Source: an uncultured Chloroflexia bacterium (lineage in GTDB: Bacteria; Chloroflexota; Anaerolineae; JAAYZQ01). From it: a stretch of 64,000 nt of DNA. Under the pieces are notes generated by a model, which ran no database searches, was not told where the DNA came from, and saw only the letters and a list, made by a program, of their open reading frames with translations. Below, in pieces: positions 10,040-19,749 of the stretch; positions within the stretch are counted from its first letter, which is position 1; every line of letters starts with the position of its first letter. The stretch spans positions 192,001 through 256,000 of the forward strand of contig CAVOXA010000009.1 in NCBI GenBank assembly GCA_963700285.1, written 5' to 3'. The position numbers were made by a program, and so were the translations under genes.

Positions 10040-11410
10040 ATGACCAGCACCAAACATAGACTGCCAGCGCTGGCCCTCCTGGCAGCCATTGCCCTGCTTG
10101 TGACCGGCCTGGCGCCTGTAACCGCTTCACCGTCAGCCCTGCCGGGGGAAGGTCTGGCATCAGTCGCTTCAAACCCTGTACCTGGGTTTGGTTTGGCCGA
10201 TGCGCTCCAGCCGGATCCGCAGATCGAAGCGATGATCTCCCAGGTGGATGTGGCAACTTTGCGCCAATACGAAGAGTGGCTGACCGGCGAAGCAGCCGTC
10301 GATATTGGCGGCGAAGCCTATACCATTGCCACGCGGTACACCCACAGCGGTGTGCCTATTCAGAAGGCCACCCAGTTCGCCTATGAACACCTGGCTGCAT
10401 TGGGGCTTGAGGTAGCGTACCATCAATGGGAGGGCGACACCTACCCCAATGTCATCGCCACCAAAGAGGGTTTGACCAATCCGGAGCAGATCTATATCCT
10501 CAGCGCTCACCTGGACAGCCTGCCTGCAGGTACGGCTGCACCGGGGGCCGACGACAATGCCAGCGGCTCGACGGGCGTTCTGATGGCGGCTGACATCTTG
10601 AGCGAGTATGACTTTGGCTGCACCCTGAAATTTGCCCTGTGGACCGGCGAGGAGCAGGGCATGCGCGGCAGCGCCGCCTGGGCAGAATGGGCCAGTGACC
10701 AGGGCCTCGACATCCGCGGCGCTCTCAACGTGGACATGATCGCCCACGACTCGGATGATTCGCCGGTGGTAGATCTGTACGCCCGAAGCCTGGTGCCCGG
10801 TTCGGTTGAATTGGCCAATGACTTTGCTGGCGTGGTAGACCTTTATGAGTTGGACCTCGTGCCAGACGTGCTGGTCGACAACTGGTTGGGCAATCATAGC
10901 GACAATCGCTCGTTCTGGGACGAGGGCTATGCGGCCATCCTGGCCATCGAGGACTATGATGACTTTAATCCCAACTATCACACTGTCGATGACAAGCTTT
11001 CGGCTTTGAACCTGACCTATATGGCCGAAATCGTCAAGGCATCTTTGGCGACCTTTGTCCATACCAGCGGCTGCCTGCTCGACGAGGGTGTTGGTTACCT
11101 GGGTGGGCATGTCACTGTCAGCAACGGGCAGCTGCAGGTAGAGGGCGCGCCCGTCGCCGGGGCAACTGTCAGCATGCGCAGCGATACGGGCGGGACCATT
11201 TGGACCGCCACGGATGGCACTGGTTATTATGCCCGCACCCTGCCCGCCGGGACCTATACGGTGACGGCGTCTGCTGATGGCTACCGACCTGCCATCGCTG
11301 CGGGCGTGGCTATCCTGCCCGACAGCGTGACCAGCCAGGACTTTGCGCTGGCGCTGCTCCCGCATATCGGTCAACGCCTTTACCTGCCCTTGATCCAAGA
11401 TCGGGAGTAA
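10040..11410 (+). CDS. Secreted M28 family metallopeptidase with carboxypeptidase-regulatory-like domain and C-terminal 'LYLPLI' motif
   Basis: Signal peptide; 'SAHLDS', 'GADDNASG', 'GEEQG', 'NVDMI', 'SDN.SF', 'YHT..D'; ends RLYLPLIQDRE. Confidence 0.9.
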   Translation: MTSTKHRLPALALLAAIALLVTGLAPVTASPSALPGEGLASVASNPVPGFGLADALQPDPQIEAMISQVDVATLRQYEEWLTGEAAVDIGGEAYTIATRYTHSGVPIQKATQFAYEHLAALGLEVAYHQWEGDTYPNVIATKEGLTNPEQIYILSAHLDSLPAGTAAPGADDNASGSTGVLMAADILSEYDFGCTLKFALWTGEEQGMRGSAAWAEWASDQGLDIRGALNVDMIAHDSDDSPVVDLYARSLVPGSVELANDFAGVVDLYELDLVPDVLVDNWLGNHSDNRSFWDEGYAAILAIEDYDDFNPNYHTVDDKLSALNLTYMAEIVKASLATFVHTSGCLLDEGVGYLGGHVTVSNGQLQVEGAPVAGATVSMRSDTGGTIWTATDGTGYYARTLPAGTYTVTASADGYRPAIAAGVAILPDSVTSQDFALALLPHIGQRLYLPLIQDRE

Positions 11411-11419
11411 ACGGCGCAC

Positions 11420-11805
11420 CAGGTGGACGGAACCAGATTGCACTGATGAGGACATAGGCGATCAGGACGCCCAGCGCGGTTTGCAGACCGTGCTAGGCGG
11501 ACGCCATAAGAACGGGCGGGGTCAAAGCAATCCAGAAGCCGATCGAAACAGCAGAAATCGCCAGCAAAGCGTGACCCATTGCCTGGGGGATATTCACCAG
11601 GGCAAAGGTCAGACCTGCCGTCAAGTCTGTAGTCAGGTGCTTCTTTTCGGGTTTGATCATGTTCGCCATTTTCGTTGTCGAGACCGCGCTCACAAACAGG
11701 GCAACTGGGGTCTTTGCTCCGCTGCGGTCGTTGGCGGCCGATTAGGGGAGGCTGGAGCCGGTTGGGAAGCCCTGGAACAACCCAGCACCCAGGTTGGCAG
11801 CATCG
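11420..11805 (-). pseudogene. Mosaic remnant: SulP internal fragment + SulP N-terminus + AI-2E fragment
   Basis: The minus strand encodes 'ANLGAGLFQGFPTGSSLP*SAANDRSGAKTPVA' (SulP core), then 'DLTAGLTFALVNIPQAMGHALLA' (SulP N-terminus) fused to 'SIGFWIALTPPVLMASA*HGLQTALGVLIAYVLI'. The last piece matches the AI-2E gene at ~12155-12260. Confidence 0.75.
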
Positions 11806-11811
11806 TATGGC

Positions 11812-12948
11812 TCACTCAGCATCGTCGTCCGACTTGGGAACAATGCCCTCGGACTCGCGATTGGAGCCGAAAGACCCCCTCACTCTTCCCCACAAGCCCT
11901 TGACATCTCTCGCCGCCTCATTCCTTTCTTCTTTCTTCTCCTCACCTGTGTAACGCATCAAGATCGCCAGAGTGCGTGTGCCTTCGAAATTCTCCATAAT
12001 GATCAGCACCAGCAGGGTCATCGGCACGGCCAGGATGGCGCCGATCCCACCTAACAGGTATCCCCAGATGAACAGCCCGACGAACACAACCACTGGCGAG
12101 ATCTTTAGCCTCTGGCCCATGAGCTTTGGTTGGACAAAGTTCTGTACCCCCCCATTAATGAGGACGTAGGCGACCAGAACAACCAGTGCAGTTTGGGGAC
12201 CGTACTGAGCGTACGCCATGAGGACGGGCGGGATCAAGGCAATCCAGAAGCCGATGGAGGGAATGTAGCCCATGAACCAGGCCAGCAGCCCCCACAGAAG
12301 AGCGTAGTCGACTCCCATGATCGCGAGGAGAATCATATCACCCAGGCCCACCAATAGGTTGATCCCAGTCAGGATGGTCATGTATTTGCGCACATCGTCG
12401 GTGAGAGCAGTCACTCGCCCGATGTTCGGCGCATTCGGATCCAGTCCCAATCGGGAGGGTGTAGGCAATGCAAGGGCGGCGCTGATCATGAAAAAGAAGA
12501 TCACCAGGGCCAGCCCGAATTGAACCAATAGGTCGAGCACACCTGCCAGCACGCTCTCCGCGAGCGGACCTAGGGAGGTGGTCACCTGGTCGATCTGTAT
12601 ACTCGGCTCAGAATCCGTTGTCGTAGAAAGGTCCGAGCTGGCTTGCTGCGAAGCGCCTGCCAGATAGGTCGGCAGTTCGGTGGACAGTTTGGTGACGGAG
12701 AAGAAAACCGTCGCGATGACCAACCCCAAGAGGACGACGACCATCAGGATGCTCAGCACCAGCGCCAGCCAACCGGGGATACCGCGCTTCGTCAGCCTGC
12801 TGGGGACCGGCAGAACCGTGATGGTGATGACGGCAGCCAGCAGGATCGGGTTAATGATGTAGGCAGAGCTGCGGATCCCGCCCAAAATCAAAAAGATGCT
12901 GGCCAGAGCTACCAGATAAATGACCAATCGGCTTGGTAGATTGTTCAT
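11812..12948 (-). CDS. AI-2E family transporter
   Basis: 'YIPSIG', 'NFVQPKLMGQRLKISP', 'WGYLLGGIGAILAVP'; AAGGAGG RBS before ATG 12948. Confidence 0.92.
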   Translation of the reverse strand: MNNLPSRLVIYLVALASIFLILGGIRSSAYIINPILLAAVITITVLPVPSRLTKRGIPGWLALVLSILMVVVLLGLVIATVFFSVTKLSTELPTYLAGASQQASSDLSTTTDSEPSIQIDQVTTSLGPLAESVLAGVLDLLVQFGLALVIFFFMISAALALPTPSRLGLDPNAPNIGRVTALTDDVRKYMTILTGINLLVGLGDMILLAIMGVDYALLWGLLAWFMGYIPSIGFWIALIPPVLMAYAQYGPQTALVVLVAYVLINGGVQNFVQPKLMGQRLKISPVVVFVGLFIWGYLLGGIGAILAVPMTLLVLIIMENFEGTRTLAILMRYTGEEKKEERNEAARDVKGLWGRVRGSFGSNRESEGIVPKSDDDAE

Positions 12949-13160
12949 GCTGCCTCCTTTCAAAGAAGTTGGGCCTTGCCTGTGGATCAAGCGTTGCCCC
13001 CCGTTTACCAGCCGACAAACGTTGGAAACGAGAGCAACACCGACAACGCTGTCACCGGATGCGACAAGTACGGTATCGGTGCTGCCCTCGTCCCAGCATT
13101 GACTCGAGCTGGTTCACTGCCGCACCATGGTGGTTTTTGAGTCTGGTCCGGCATCAAGCG

Positions 13161-13469
13161 CTAGGGATAGCTCTCCTGGTAGCCTGGCACGCCACGCCTG
13201 TTGTTGGCGATCTGGGCCCACTTCATGATATCGAGCAGCACGCCCATGCCGAGCCACATCCAGTCCCAGCCGACGATGCCGGCAGGACTCCAGACCAGCA
13301 GGTACATGATGGTGGTGTAGGGCAATAAGATGATGCCCAGCAGTGGCCAGAACCAATTGCCCCCCCAGACGGCATTCCACCTGGAGCCAAAGATCCAGGC
13401 CAGGATCAGCACCACACGCGGAGCGAAAGCCGCGCCCATTGCCAAAAGACATCCACATCCTAAGAACAT
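13161..13469 (-). CDS. Small Trp-rich membrane protein (hypothetical)
   Basis: 102 aa with ~3 TM segments ('APRVVLILAWIF...WPLLGIILLPYTTIMY...W.WLG.GVLLD'); AAGGAG RBS. Confidence 0.8.
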   Translation of the reverse strand: MFLGCGCLLAMGAAFAPRVVLILAWIFGSRWNAVWGGNWFWPLLGIILLPYTTIMYLLVWSPAGIVGWDWMWLGMGVLLDIMKWAQIANNRRGVPGYQESYP

Positions 13470-13846
13470 CGTATTCTCCTTTACTGCTTGATTATTGTCC
13501 ACCGGAGCGACGCTCGCGCACATCGGCTCCGGGAAGCCGATGGCTTCTTTGCGCTCCTGTTGCAGACCTTCTGCGATTCTGATTTGGTGTACACGTCTGG
13601 GTCGCCGCAACCCGGACGAATCCCCCGCATTCGAGACCCCGACACCGTGACCACCTGTATTTGTCGTCTTGAAAACAGGGATATCAGGGCGCTCGATGCG
13701 GGGCAGGTCACTGGTGGGTCGTTTCGTACCTACCGGCGTCGACTGGTGCGCCGGCTGGTGCGGCGCGAAGCACGTCTTACCGTCCTGCGTGGGGCTGGCA
13801 TATTATCACCTCCTCTCCCAGGTTGGTCCGGTCAGTCCCGGCAGGT

Positions 13847-14584
13847 CTAGTCCTCTTCTACATCGGCAGCGCCCAGCTCAGCCGCCCCCTCGGCAATCTC
13901 GGCAACGCCTTCCGCTGCGACCTCCCGAGCCTCTTCGCCAAGTTCCAGCCCTACCTCTGCTTCGGCCAACCCTATCTCCGTCAGCTCGGCTCCGGCTGCT
14001 GCCAACTCCCTGCTCCTTAAAGCCAGGCCGGCCGAGGCAGCCAAACGCGCCAGACCCTCCGCGGCCTCTTCCGTGCCGAGATCGGACAGCTTGGCCGCCT
14101 CCTCGCTCAGCGCCAGCGACAGCGCTCGCGTGCCGACGGCCTGGAGCATCACGTCCACGGCAGTGACCTGGAGCATCTCGCCCCGGCTTTCCAAAAAGCC
14201 GGCCAGGATGGGCATCTCCAGCAGGTCAACGACATCGCTGACGGCCCACATCTCGCCCGCGATACGGGCGATCTGCAGACCGTGCTCCAGGTCTTCTTCG
14301 CTCATCAGGCCAACCATGGAGCTCATCAAGTCGACATCGTCCGCTGACTCTAGCATTGCCAGACCCTCATCGACGTCCGTGATGCCGGCAGCGCTGACAA
14401 TCTTGCTCAGGCTGGCCACGCGGTCGGCGACGACCATGGCGTCCACGCCGCGCGTGACGTCGCTGGCCCCGGCCGCCAGCATCTCCTTACCGACATCCGC
14501 CTCGTCCGACGCTGCTTCCAGCGTGTCCAGGCCTTCCTCGAAGTCGGCCAACCCCTGCTCTTCCAGTTCGCTTTTCTTTGACAT
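13847..14584 (-). CDS. Acidic Ala/Glu-rich helical hypothetical protein
   Basis: 245 aa from ATG 14584 with an AGGAGG RBS. Very acidic, with only one Pro and one Trp. Confidence 0.75.
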   Translation of the reverse strand: MSKKSELEEQGLADFEEGLDTLEAASDEADVGKEMLAAGASDVTRGVDAMVVADRVASLSKIVSAAGITDVDEGLAMLESADDVDLMSSMVGLMSEEDLEHGLQIARIAGEMWAVSDVVDLLEMPILAGFLESRGEMLQVTAVDVMLQAVGTRALSLALSEEAAKLSDLGTEEAAEGLARLAASAGLALRSRELAAAGAELTEIGLAEAEVGLELGEEAREVAAEGVAEIAEGAAELGAADVEED

Positions 14585-14796
14585 TTCGTTCCCTCCTATG
14601 TTGGTTTTGTTTTGACACAATTGACATCCGTTCGCAATCACAATTTACATTTCTTCCCTCCTCCTTTTTGGATGCATAGTGGCACGCTGGTGATGAGTAG
14701 TACTGAAAAAACGATCCCGGCGATCGCATCTGCGCGCGGCGTTGTTATACACGATTGGACCAAGGGTGACTTTGGATTCATCCTAGTTTGTCCCCG

Positions 14797-15474
14797 CTAT
14801 GATATCAAGATATTGAGCGCTCCGCCGGCAAGGGCGGTCAAGGTGATGATCGAGATCGTGGATTGCAGCAGCATCAACAGCTTCGCTCGCCGGGTCAACG
14901 GCAGGGTATCGGTGGGACTGAAAGCAAAGCTGGTTGTAAAGGCCAGGTAAATGTAATCGGTATACCTGGGTGCCCAGGAGTCGTAGTGAGGCAAAGGTCC
15001 TGCCCGCTGCGCAAACAAGAAATCCCAAGGCTGATCATCCCGCGGGCTCTCTTCGACTCCCGGAGGATCGATGATCCAATACCAGATCGAAAAAACCAGG
15101 ATATTGGTTATCAACATAAACACGATGCCGACCAGGAGTGTCTTGATCGCCTCCGCCGAAATTCCCAGCAGCACATCTCCCAGTGCTGTCAAATTCATGA
15201 GCAATCCAATTGTCAGCAAGCCATTGAAATAGATGATCAATTTGAACAATGGGCGCTTTTTGTTCAAGAACCAAAGGATGAAAATCAGCAGCATCAGGGT
15301 AAACCGGAGCACCAGCCAGGCGCTTGCGATCAGAGGATGTCGGAAGCCCGGTATAAACTGTTCTAGTTTGCCAAACATCGAGCCATAGGAAACTCCTGCC
15401 TGCAGCAACAAGGTGATCAGCAAGATGAACACAACCATGGTGAGCGAGGCAGAGCGCGTACGAATAAAATTCAT
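14797..15474 (-). CDS. DUF1345-like membrane protein
   Basis: 'DFLF.Q......W.P...DY.YLAFT...AFSPTDT.PLTRRAK.LM..Q'; locally lower GC. Confidence 0.75.
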   Translation of the reverse strand: MNFIRTRSASLTMVVFILLITLLLQAGVSYGSMFGKLEQFIPGFRHPLIASAWLVLRFTLMLLIFILWFLNKKRPLFKLIIYFNGLLTIGLLMNLTALGDVLLGISAEAIKTLLVGIVFMLITNILVFSIWYWIIDPPGVEESPRDDQPWDFLFAQRAGPLPHYDSWAPRYTDYIYLAFTTSFAFSPTDTLPLTRRAKLLMLLQSTISIITLTALAGGALNILIS

Positions 15475-15685
15475 GTTGGTTTATTCCCTGGATTCCCGCC
15501 TTCATACTGATGAAGGTGAGAGTGGCAAACATCCTGGAATTCAATTTCCATCTGAATAGGCAGGCCTTGCTCTTGGAGCTTTCGCTTCATCGACTGTCTC
15601 CTTCAGCGCTTGGGAACCAGCCCGATCGACGGCTTCCGATTCGCCCGATAGACGACGATCTCCCAGCTTCGCCCCTCGGCAGGGC

Positions 15686-15718
15686 TTCCGCCGCCGGTTC
15701 TAGCCACTGGCGGCGGAA
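15686..15718 (-). terminator. Hairpin downstream of sulfatase
   Basis: TTCCGCCGCCGG...CTGGCGGCGGAA inverted repeat just after the stop; no strong U-tract. Confidence 0.4.
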
Positions 15719-15736
15719 ACCCGGTCGAATGTAAAC

Positions 15737-18643
15737 TCAGCCAGCGACACCGGACGCGATGCTATTTACTGCAGCATGGTGGTGCAGCATCTGCTCCGTC
15801 TCCATGTGCGCCGGTTTGAGGTCAAAGACAACCTGCTTCAAGTTGCCGGTGAAGGCGTAGGGCGCCTTGTCCTCGTAATCGAGGTCAACCACACCGCCGT
15901 TGTCACGGCCCATATCCATGCCGGCATACGTCGTGAAGAGCATGGCCACTGAGTGGGGCATCTTGCCCTCGCCGATCTGCTTATCATTGGCCCACAAGGT
16001 TACTGTGCCGCCGGCCCCCGGTTTTGGCTCGTCGATCTCGAACAGCATCTTTACGGTCACGTCGCCGGTCGGGATCGGTTCGGTCGAGACCTGCTTGTAG
16101 GTATCGACACCGAGGAACTGGTAGGTGTGGATGAGGTGGCCTTTCTCATCAACCCACAGCGAGAACCCACCGATAAAGTCGGCGAAGGCGCACAACACAC
16201 CCTCGGCGCCGCCTTCCGGCACTTCCAGTTCGGCCTCGATGGCGTAGGAGCGTCCGTAGATGCGGGGGATCACCGTAGTTGATACATTCTGGACATCACC
16301 GGCGAAGCTGTAGCGCCTGGTCATCTCCATCGGTGGCAAGATGCCAAAGAACACACAGAGGCCACCGAGCAACGGCAGTGCCCGGTTGCGCTCTGCTTCC
16401 TGCCAGAAGAGTTCCTTGAGTTCGGCCAGTTTCTCCGGCTTTTCTGCCGCCAAATCTTTGGCCTGGCTAAAGTCGTCTGGCAGGTAGTAGAGTTCCCACG
16501 GATCCTGGTCTGGATCATACCCGCTGCCCGGCCTGAACCGGTTGAGCGTGTCGGGCGAGAAGTCCCACGGCAGCTTGTCGAGCCGGGCGCAGGCCCACCA
16601 ACCGTCCTTGTAGATGGCGCGGCTGCCGTACATCTCAAAGTATTGAACCGTGTGGCGTTCAGCCGCTTCGGCATCGTCAAAGGTGTAGGCAAAGCTGGTG
16701 CCGTCCATCGGTTCCTGCTCAATGCCGTCGACCACCTTCGGCTCAGGGATCCCGATCGCTTCCAGAATGGTTGGAGCGACGTCAATGCAGTGTGTGAACT
16801 GACCGCGAACCTGACTGTCGGGCTTGATGTGGCCTGGCCAGGCAATGACCATCGGATCGCGCGTACCGCCCAGGTGGCTGGCCATCTGCTTGCCCCATTG
16901 GAAGGGTGTGTTGTTGGCGTGCGCCCAGGCCGCGGCAAAGTGAGGCGCCGTGTACTCGCCACCAAGCTCTTCGATGCCGCCCCATTTCTCGATCAGCGCC
17001 AACTGCTCTTCGGCATTCAGCACGATACCGTTGAAGAAGGTCGTTTCATTGAAGGAACCGGTGGTCGTGCCCTCCATGCTGGCGCCATTGTCACCCCAGA
17101 TGTAGACAATCAGGGTGTTGTCCAGTTCACCCATCGCCTCGATTTCGTCGATCAGCCGGCCGACGTTCCAGTCTGCGTTCTCGGAGAACCCTGCAAAGAC
17201 TTCCATCTGGCGCGCGTATAGATTCTTTTCTGCATTGCTGAGTGTGTCCCAGGCCGGGTACGGATCGGGCCGAGGCGCAAGCTCGGTATCCGGCGGGACA
17301 ACGCCCAGTTTCTTCTGGCGTTCGAGGGTTCTTTCCCGGTACTTGTCCCAGCCGTCGTCAAACTGGCCCTTGTATTTGTCAGCCCATTTCCTCGCGACAT
17401 GATGCGGCGCATGGGTAGCGCCGGTGGAGTAATAGACGAACCACGGCTTGTGGGCGTTGTGAGCGCGGACGCCATGGAGCCATTCGATGCTCTTATCGGT
17501 AATGTCATCCGGAAAGTAGTAGAGTTGCCCGTCCTCGCCTTGCGGAACGCCGAGAACCGAGTTATCTTGGGTGATAATCGGGTCATACTGGCCAGCCGCG
17601 CCGGTCAGGAACCCCCACCAGTGGTCAAAGCCCCAGGCTTGCGGCCAGTGTTCAAAGGGGCCGGCAGGGCCCATTTCGTGGCCCGGCGTCATGTGCCACT
17701 TGCCGAAACCGCCGGTGATGTAGCCGTTCTCCTTCAAGATGCGGGGGAGCGCGGTGCAAGTGCGCGGCCGCGTACCGGTGTAGCCGGGGAACGGCCCTGG
17801 AAACTCGGCGATGCCGCCCATGCCCACACGGTGATGGTTGCGCCCGGTCAGCATAGCCGCCCGGGTAGGAGAGCACACGGCCGTCACGTGGAAGGCGTTG
17901 TAGGTCAGGCCCATCTCTTGCACCCGCTCCAAAGTTGGTGTTCGAAGCTCGCCGCCGAAACATTCCGGACCGCCAAACCCGGCATCATCAATGAGAACGA
18001 GAAGCACATTGGGAGCGTCTTCGGGCGCCTTCGGGCCCGGGATAAAGCTATAGTCCGCAACGGCTTCGTCCATGGTGCGGGCAATCGCCCCGCCGAACTT
18101 GCGGTCGGGGATGGGCAGGACGGTGCGGTCGGGACTGAACTTGCCCCGGGCCTCATCCAGGGCGTCCCTGAGACCTTCCTTACCTTTCTTGTCGATGACC
18201 GCAACGGACTTGGCGGGCGAGTCCGCCATCGCCTGCTCGGCCGCCAGGCGGTCGTCTTCCTCCACGATGGCCAGAATGGCAGCCGTGCCTGGCTTAAGCT
18301 TGTCGCCGAGCCCGCTCTCGATGTTCTTCGTGACCTTGTTCTTGGCAAACTTGCCGATCATGGCGCCAGCCGCGGCGCCTACGGCGACCGAGGCCAGCAG
18401 TGGCGGGGCAAAGAGGCCCACCAGCAGGCCGACGCCGCCGCCCCAGCCCGCACCCTTGCGACCGAGGTGGTCGCCGGTCTCATTAACGCTCAAATTGCCT
18501 TCTTTGTCCCTCGCAACCAGGATCATGCCATCGCTTTTGATCTTTTTGTCCTTGACCAACTGCACGAGCTGGTCAAAGTCCTTGGTGGCCAGCTCGGCTA
18601 CCGGGTAGGCGGCGATGATGACAATATCATTTTTCTTGCTCAT
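15737..18643 (-). CDS. Arylsulfatase (Cys-type) with N-terminal DUF1269 domain
   Basis: N-terminal ~165 aa DUF1269-like ('GAGWGGGVGLLVGLF'). Then 'PNVLLVLIDDAGFG', CSPTRAAMLTGR (formylglycine motif), 'FGKWH', 'HAPHH', 'GDNG' and a C-terminal LamG-like domain. Confidence 0.92.
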   Translation of the reverse strand: MSKKNDIVIIAAYPVAELATKDFDQLVQLVKDKKIKSDGMILVARDKEGNLSVNETGDHLGRKGAGWGGGVGLLVGLFAPPLLASVAVGAAAGAMIGKFAKNKVTKNIESGLGDKLKPGTAAILAIVEEDDRLAAEQAMADSPAKSVAVIDKKGKEGLRDALDEARGKFSPDRTVLPIPDRKFGGAIARTMDEAVADYSFIPGPKAPEDAPNVLLVLIDDAGFGGPECFGGELRTPTLERVQEMGLTYNAFHVTAVCSPTRAAMLTGRNHHRVGMGGIAEFPGPFPGYTGTRPRTCTALPRILKENGYITGGFGKWHMTPGHEMGPAGPFEHWPQAWGFDHWWGFLTGAAGQYDPIITQDNSVLGVPQGEDGQLYYFPDDITDKSIEWLHGVRAHNAHKPWFVYYSTGATHAPHHVARKWADKYKGQFDDGWDKYRERTLERQKKLGVVPPDTELAPRPDPYPAWDTLSNAEKNLYARQMEVFAGFSENADWNVGRLIDEIEAMGELDNTLIVYIWGDNGASMEGTTTGSFNETTFFNGIVLNAEEQLALIEKWGGIEELGGEYTAPHFAAAWAHANNTPFQWGKQMASHLGGTRDPMVIAWPGHIKPDSQVRGQFTHCIDVAPTILEAIGIPEPKVVDGIEQEPMDGTSFAYTFDDAEAAERHTVQYFEMYGSRAIYKDGWWACARLDKLPWDFSPDTLNRFRPGSGYDPDQDPWELYYLPDDFSQAKDLAAEKPEKLAELKELFWQEAERNRALPLLGGLCVFFGILPPMEMTRRYSFAGDVQNVSTTVIPRIYGRSYAIEAELEVPEGGAEGVLCAFADFIGGFSLWVDEKGHLIHTYQFLGVDTYKQVSTEPIPTGDVTVKMLFEIDEPKPGAGGTVTLWANDKQIGEGKMPHSVAMLFTTYAGMDMGRDNGGVVDLDYEDKAPYAFTGNLKQVVFDLKPAHMETEQMLHHHAAVNSIASGVAG

Positions 18644-18780
18644 TTCCAGTCTCCTTTCGAATTTTGTCTTTTTCATTTCTCGTAAGAACCGACTGCGAGG
18701 ACTCTATCATTGGCGCGCATCTCCAACTTTCCCACGAATCCCCGAACGCTCTACGACCTCGCTTGAACCGACACAAACAA

Positions 18781-19239
18781 TCATTGAGATGCTGTACCTC
18801 CGTTCTCAAACATCATGCGCTGCTCACCGCCTGGCGTCTCCAGGGCCAGGCCGCCAGCACCATCTGGCCCGCCCGCTGCCACGCTTCCCAGCAGGGCCAC
18901 ATACTGTTGGTCCAGCGACGCCTCACCGCAGAACACCATCGTCGAGGCGCCCAGCCTAATGGTCAAGCCGTTTTCTTGTGAGTAGGTACCGGTGAAGGTG
19001 TTGCAGTCGGCTTTGCCATTGAGCGTGCCGTCGGCGTTGAACGTAATGGTATAGTTCTCTGGGTTGGGCACGGTAGTTGTCTCTTTTGTCGATTGATTGG
19101 TCAAACTTGTCCATTGCCAGTCGATGCCCTGGATCGAATCGGCCGGGGTGGAGGGTGCCGCTTGCTTGCAGGCGGCACCCAGCAGCATGACCGCGAGATA
19201 TGCCAGCAGTATTGCTGATCGGGACATTGTATTCATCAT
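18781..19239 (-). CDS. META domain lipoprotein (HslJ-like)
   Basis: Lipobox LGAAC; 'W.W....','YTITF..DG...G.ADCN...G.Y','ASTMVFC'. Confidence 0.88.
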   Translation of the reverse strand: MMNTMSRSAILLAYLAVMLLGAACKQAAPSTPADSIQGIDWQWTSLTNQSTKETTTVPNPENYTITFNADGTLNGKADCNTFTGTYSQENGLTIRLGASTMVFCGEASLDQQYVALLGSVAAGGPDGAGGLALETPGGEQRMMFENGGTASQ

Positions 19240-19323
19240 CCATCTCCATGCCTTGGCCCCGCCTTACGGCGAGATGGGTTTGTTGCAGGAGGCAGGCAAT
19301 TGAGTGTCATCACGAATTCCTTA

Positions 19324-19716
19324 CTATCTAGCTTCTGTGGCGCGGTCGGCGCTGCCTTCCATGCGCCGCGTTCGCACGATGCGGATTCGGTCGAACACGG
19401 CCAGCAGGATGACGATGCCATTGATCACATAGACAATCGTGAACGCTCGACCGAACTCTGTTTTGGGCACAAAGTCGCCGTAGCCAATGGTGGCCAGGCT
19501 GATGACGCAGAAGTAGAGCGAGTCGAGATAGTTCCAGCCTTCCAGCCAGTGATAGACCAGGGTCCCCAACAGCAGCGTAATCAGCGCCCAGGTCAACACC
19601 GGCCAGGAGTCAGGATCGCGCAGCACGTCTATCAAAAAGAGGCTGCGGATCGGGCGATAGATAGCGAGCTCCTTCTCCACGTGCTTGATGGGTGGCGGCG
19701 CTTCGGTTGGTTCCAC
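19324..19716 (-). CDS. Two-TM potassium channel family protein
   Basis: 'LDSLYFCVISLATIGYGDFVPKT' with the TIGYGD selectivity filter. Confidence 0.9.
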   Translation of the reverse strand: MEPTEAPPPIKHVEKELAIYRPIRSLFLIDVLRDPDSWPVLTWALITLLLGTLVYHWLEGWNYLDSLYFCVISLATIGYGDFVPKTEFGRAFTIVYVINGIVILLAVFDRIRIVRTRRMEGSADRATEAR

Positions 19717-19749
19717 GGGTTACACCTCCTCGGATTGGGCTCCGATACC

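Noticed and set aside
9728-10256. Overlapping N-terminal extensions of the divergent PLD and M28 ORFs
   Set aside because: Signal peptides start at 9728 (-) and 10040 (+); the extensions are ORF-caller artefacts.
10169-11455. Long antisense ORFs (e.g. 10169-11455, 17399-18685, 28863-29960, 38738-39766)
   Set aside because: Shadow ORFs opposite well-supported genes in GC-rich DNA; no motifs or RBS.
18690-18780. Possible structured RNA or STAS remnant upstream of the sulfatase
   Set aside because: No recognisable riboswitch consensus, and the peptide similarity is too short to support.
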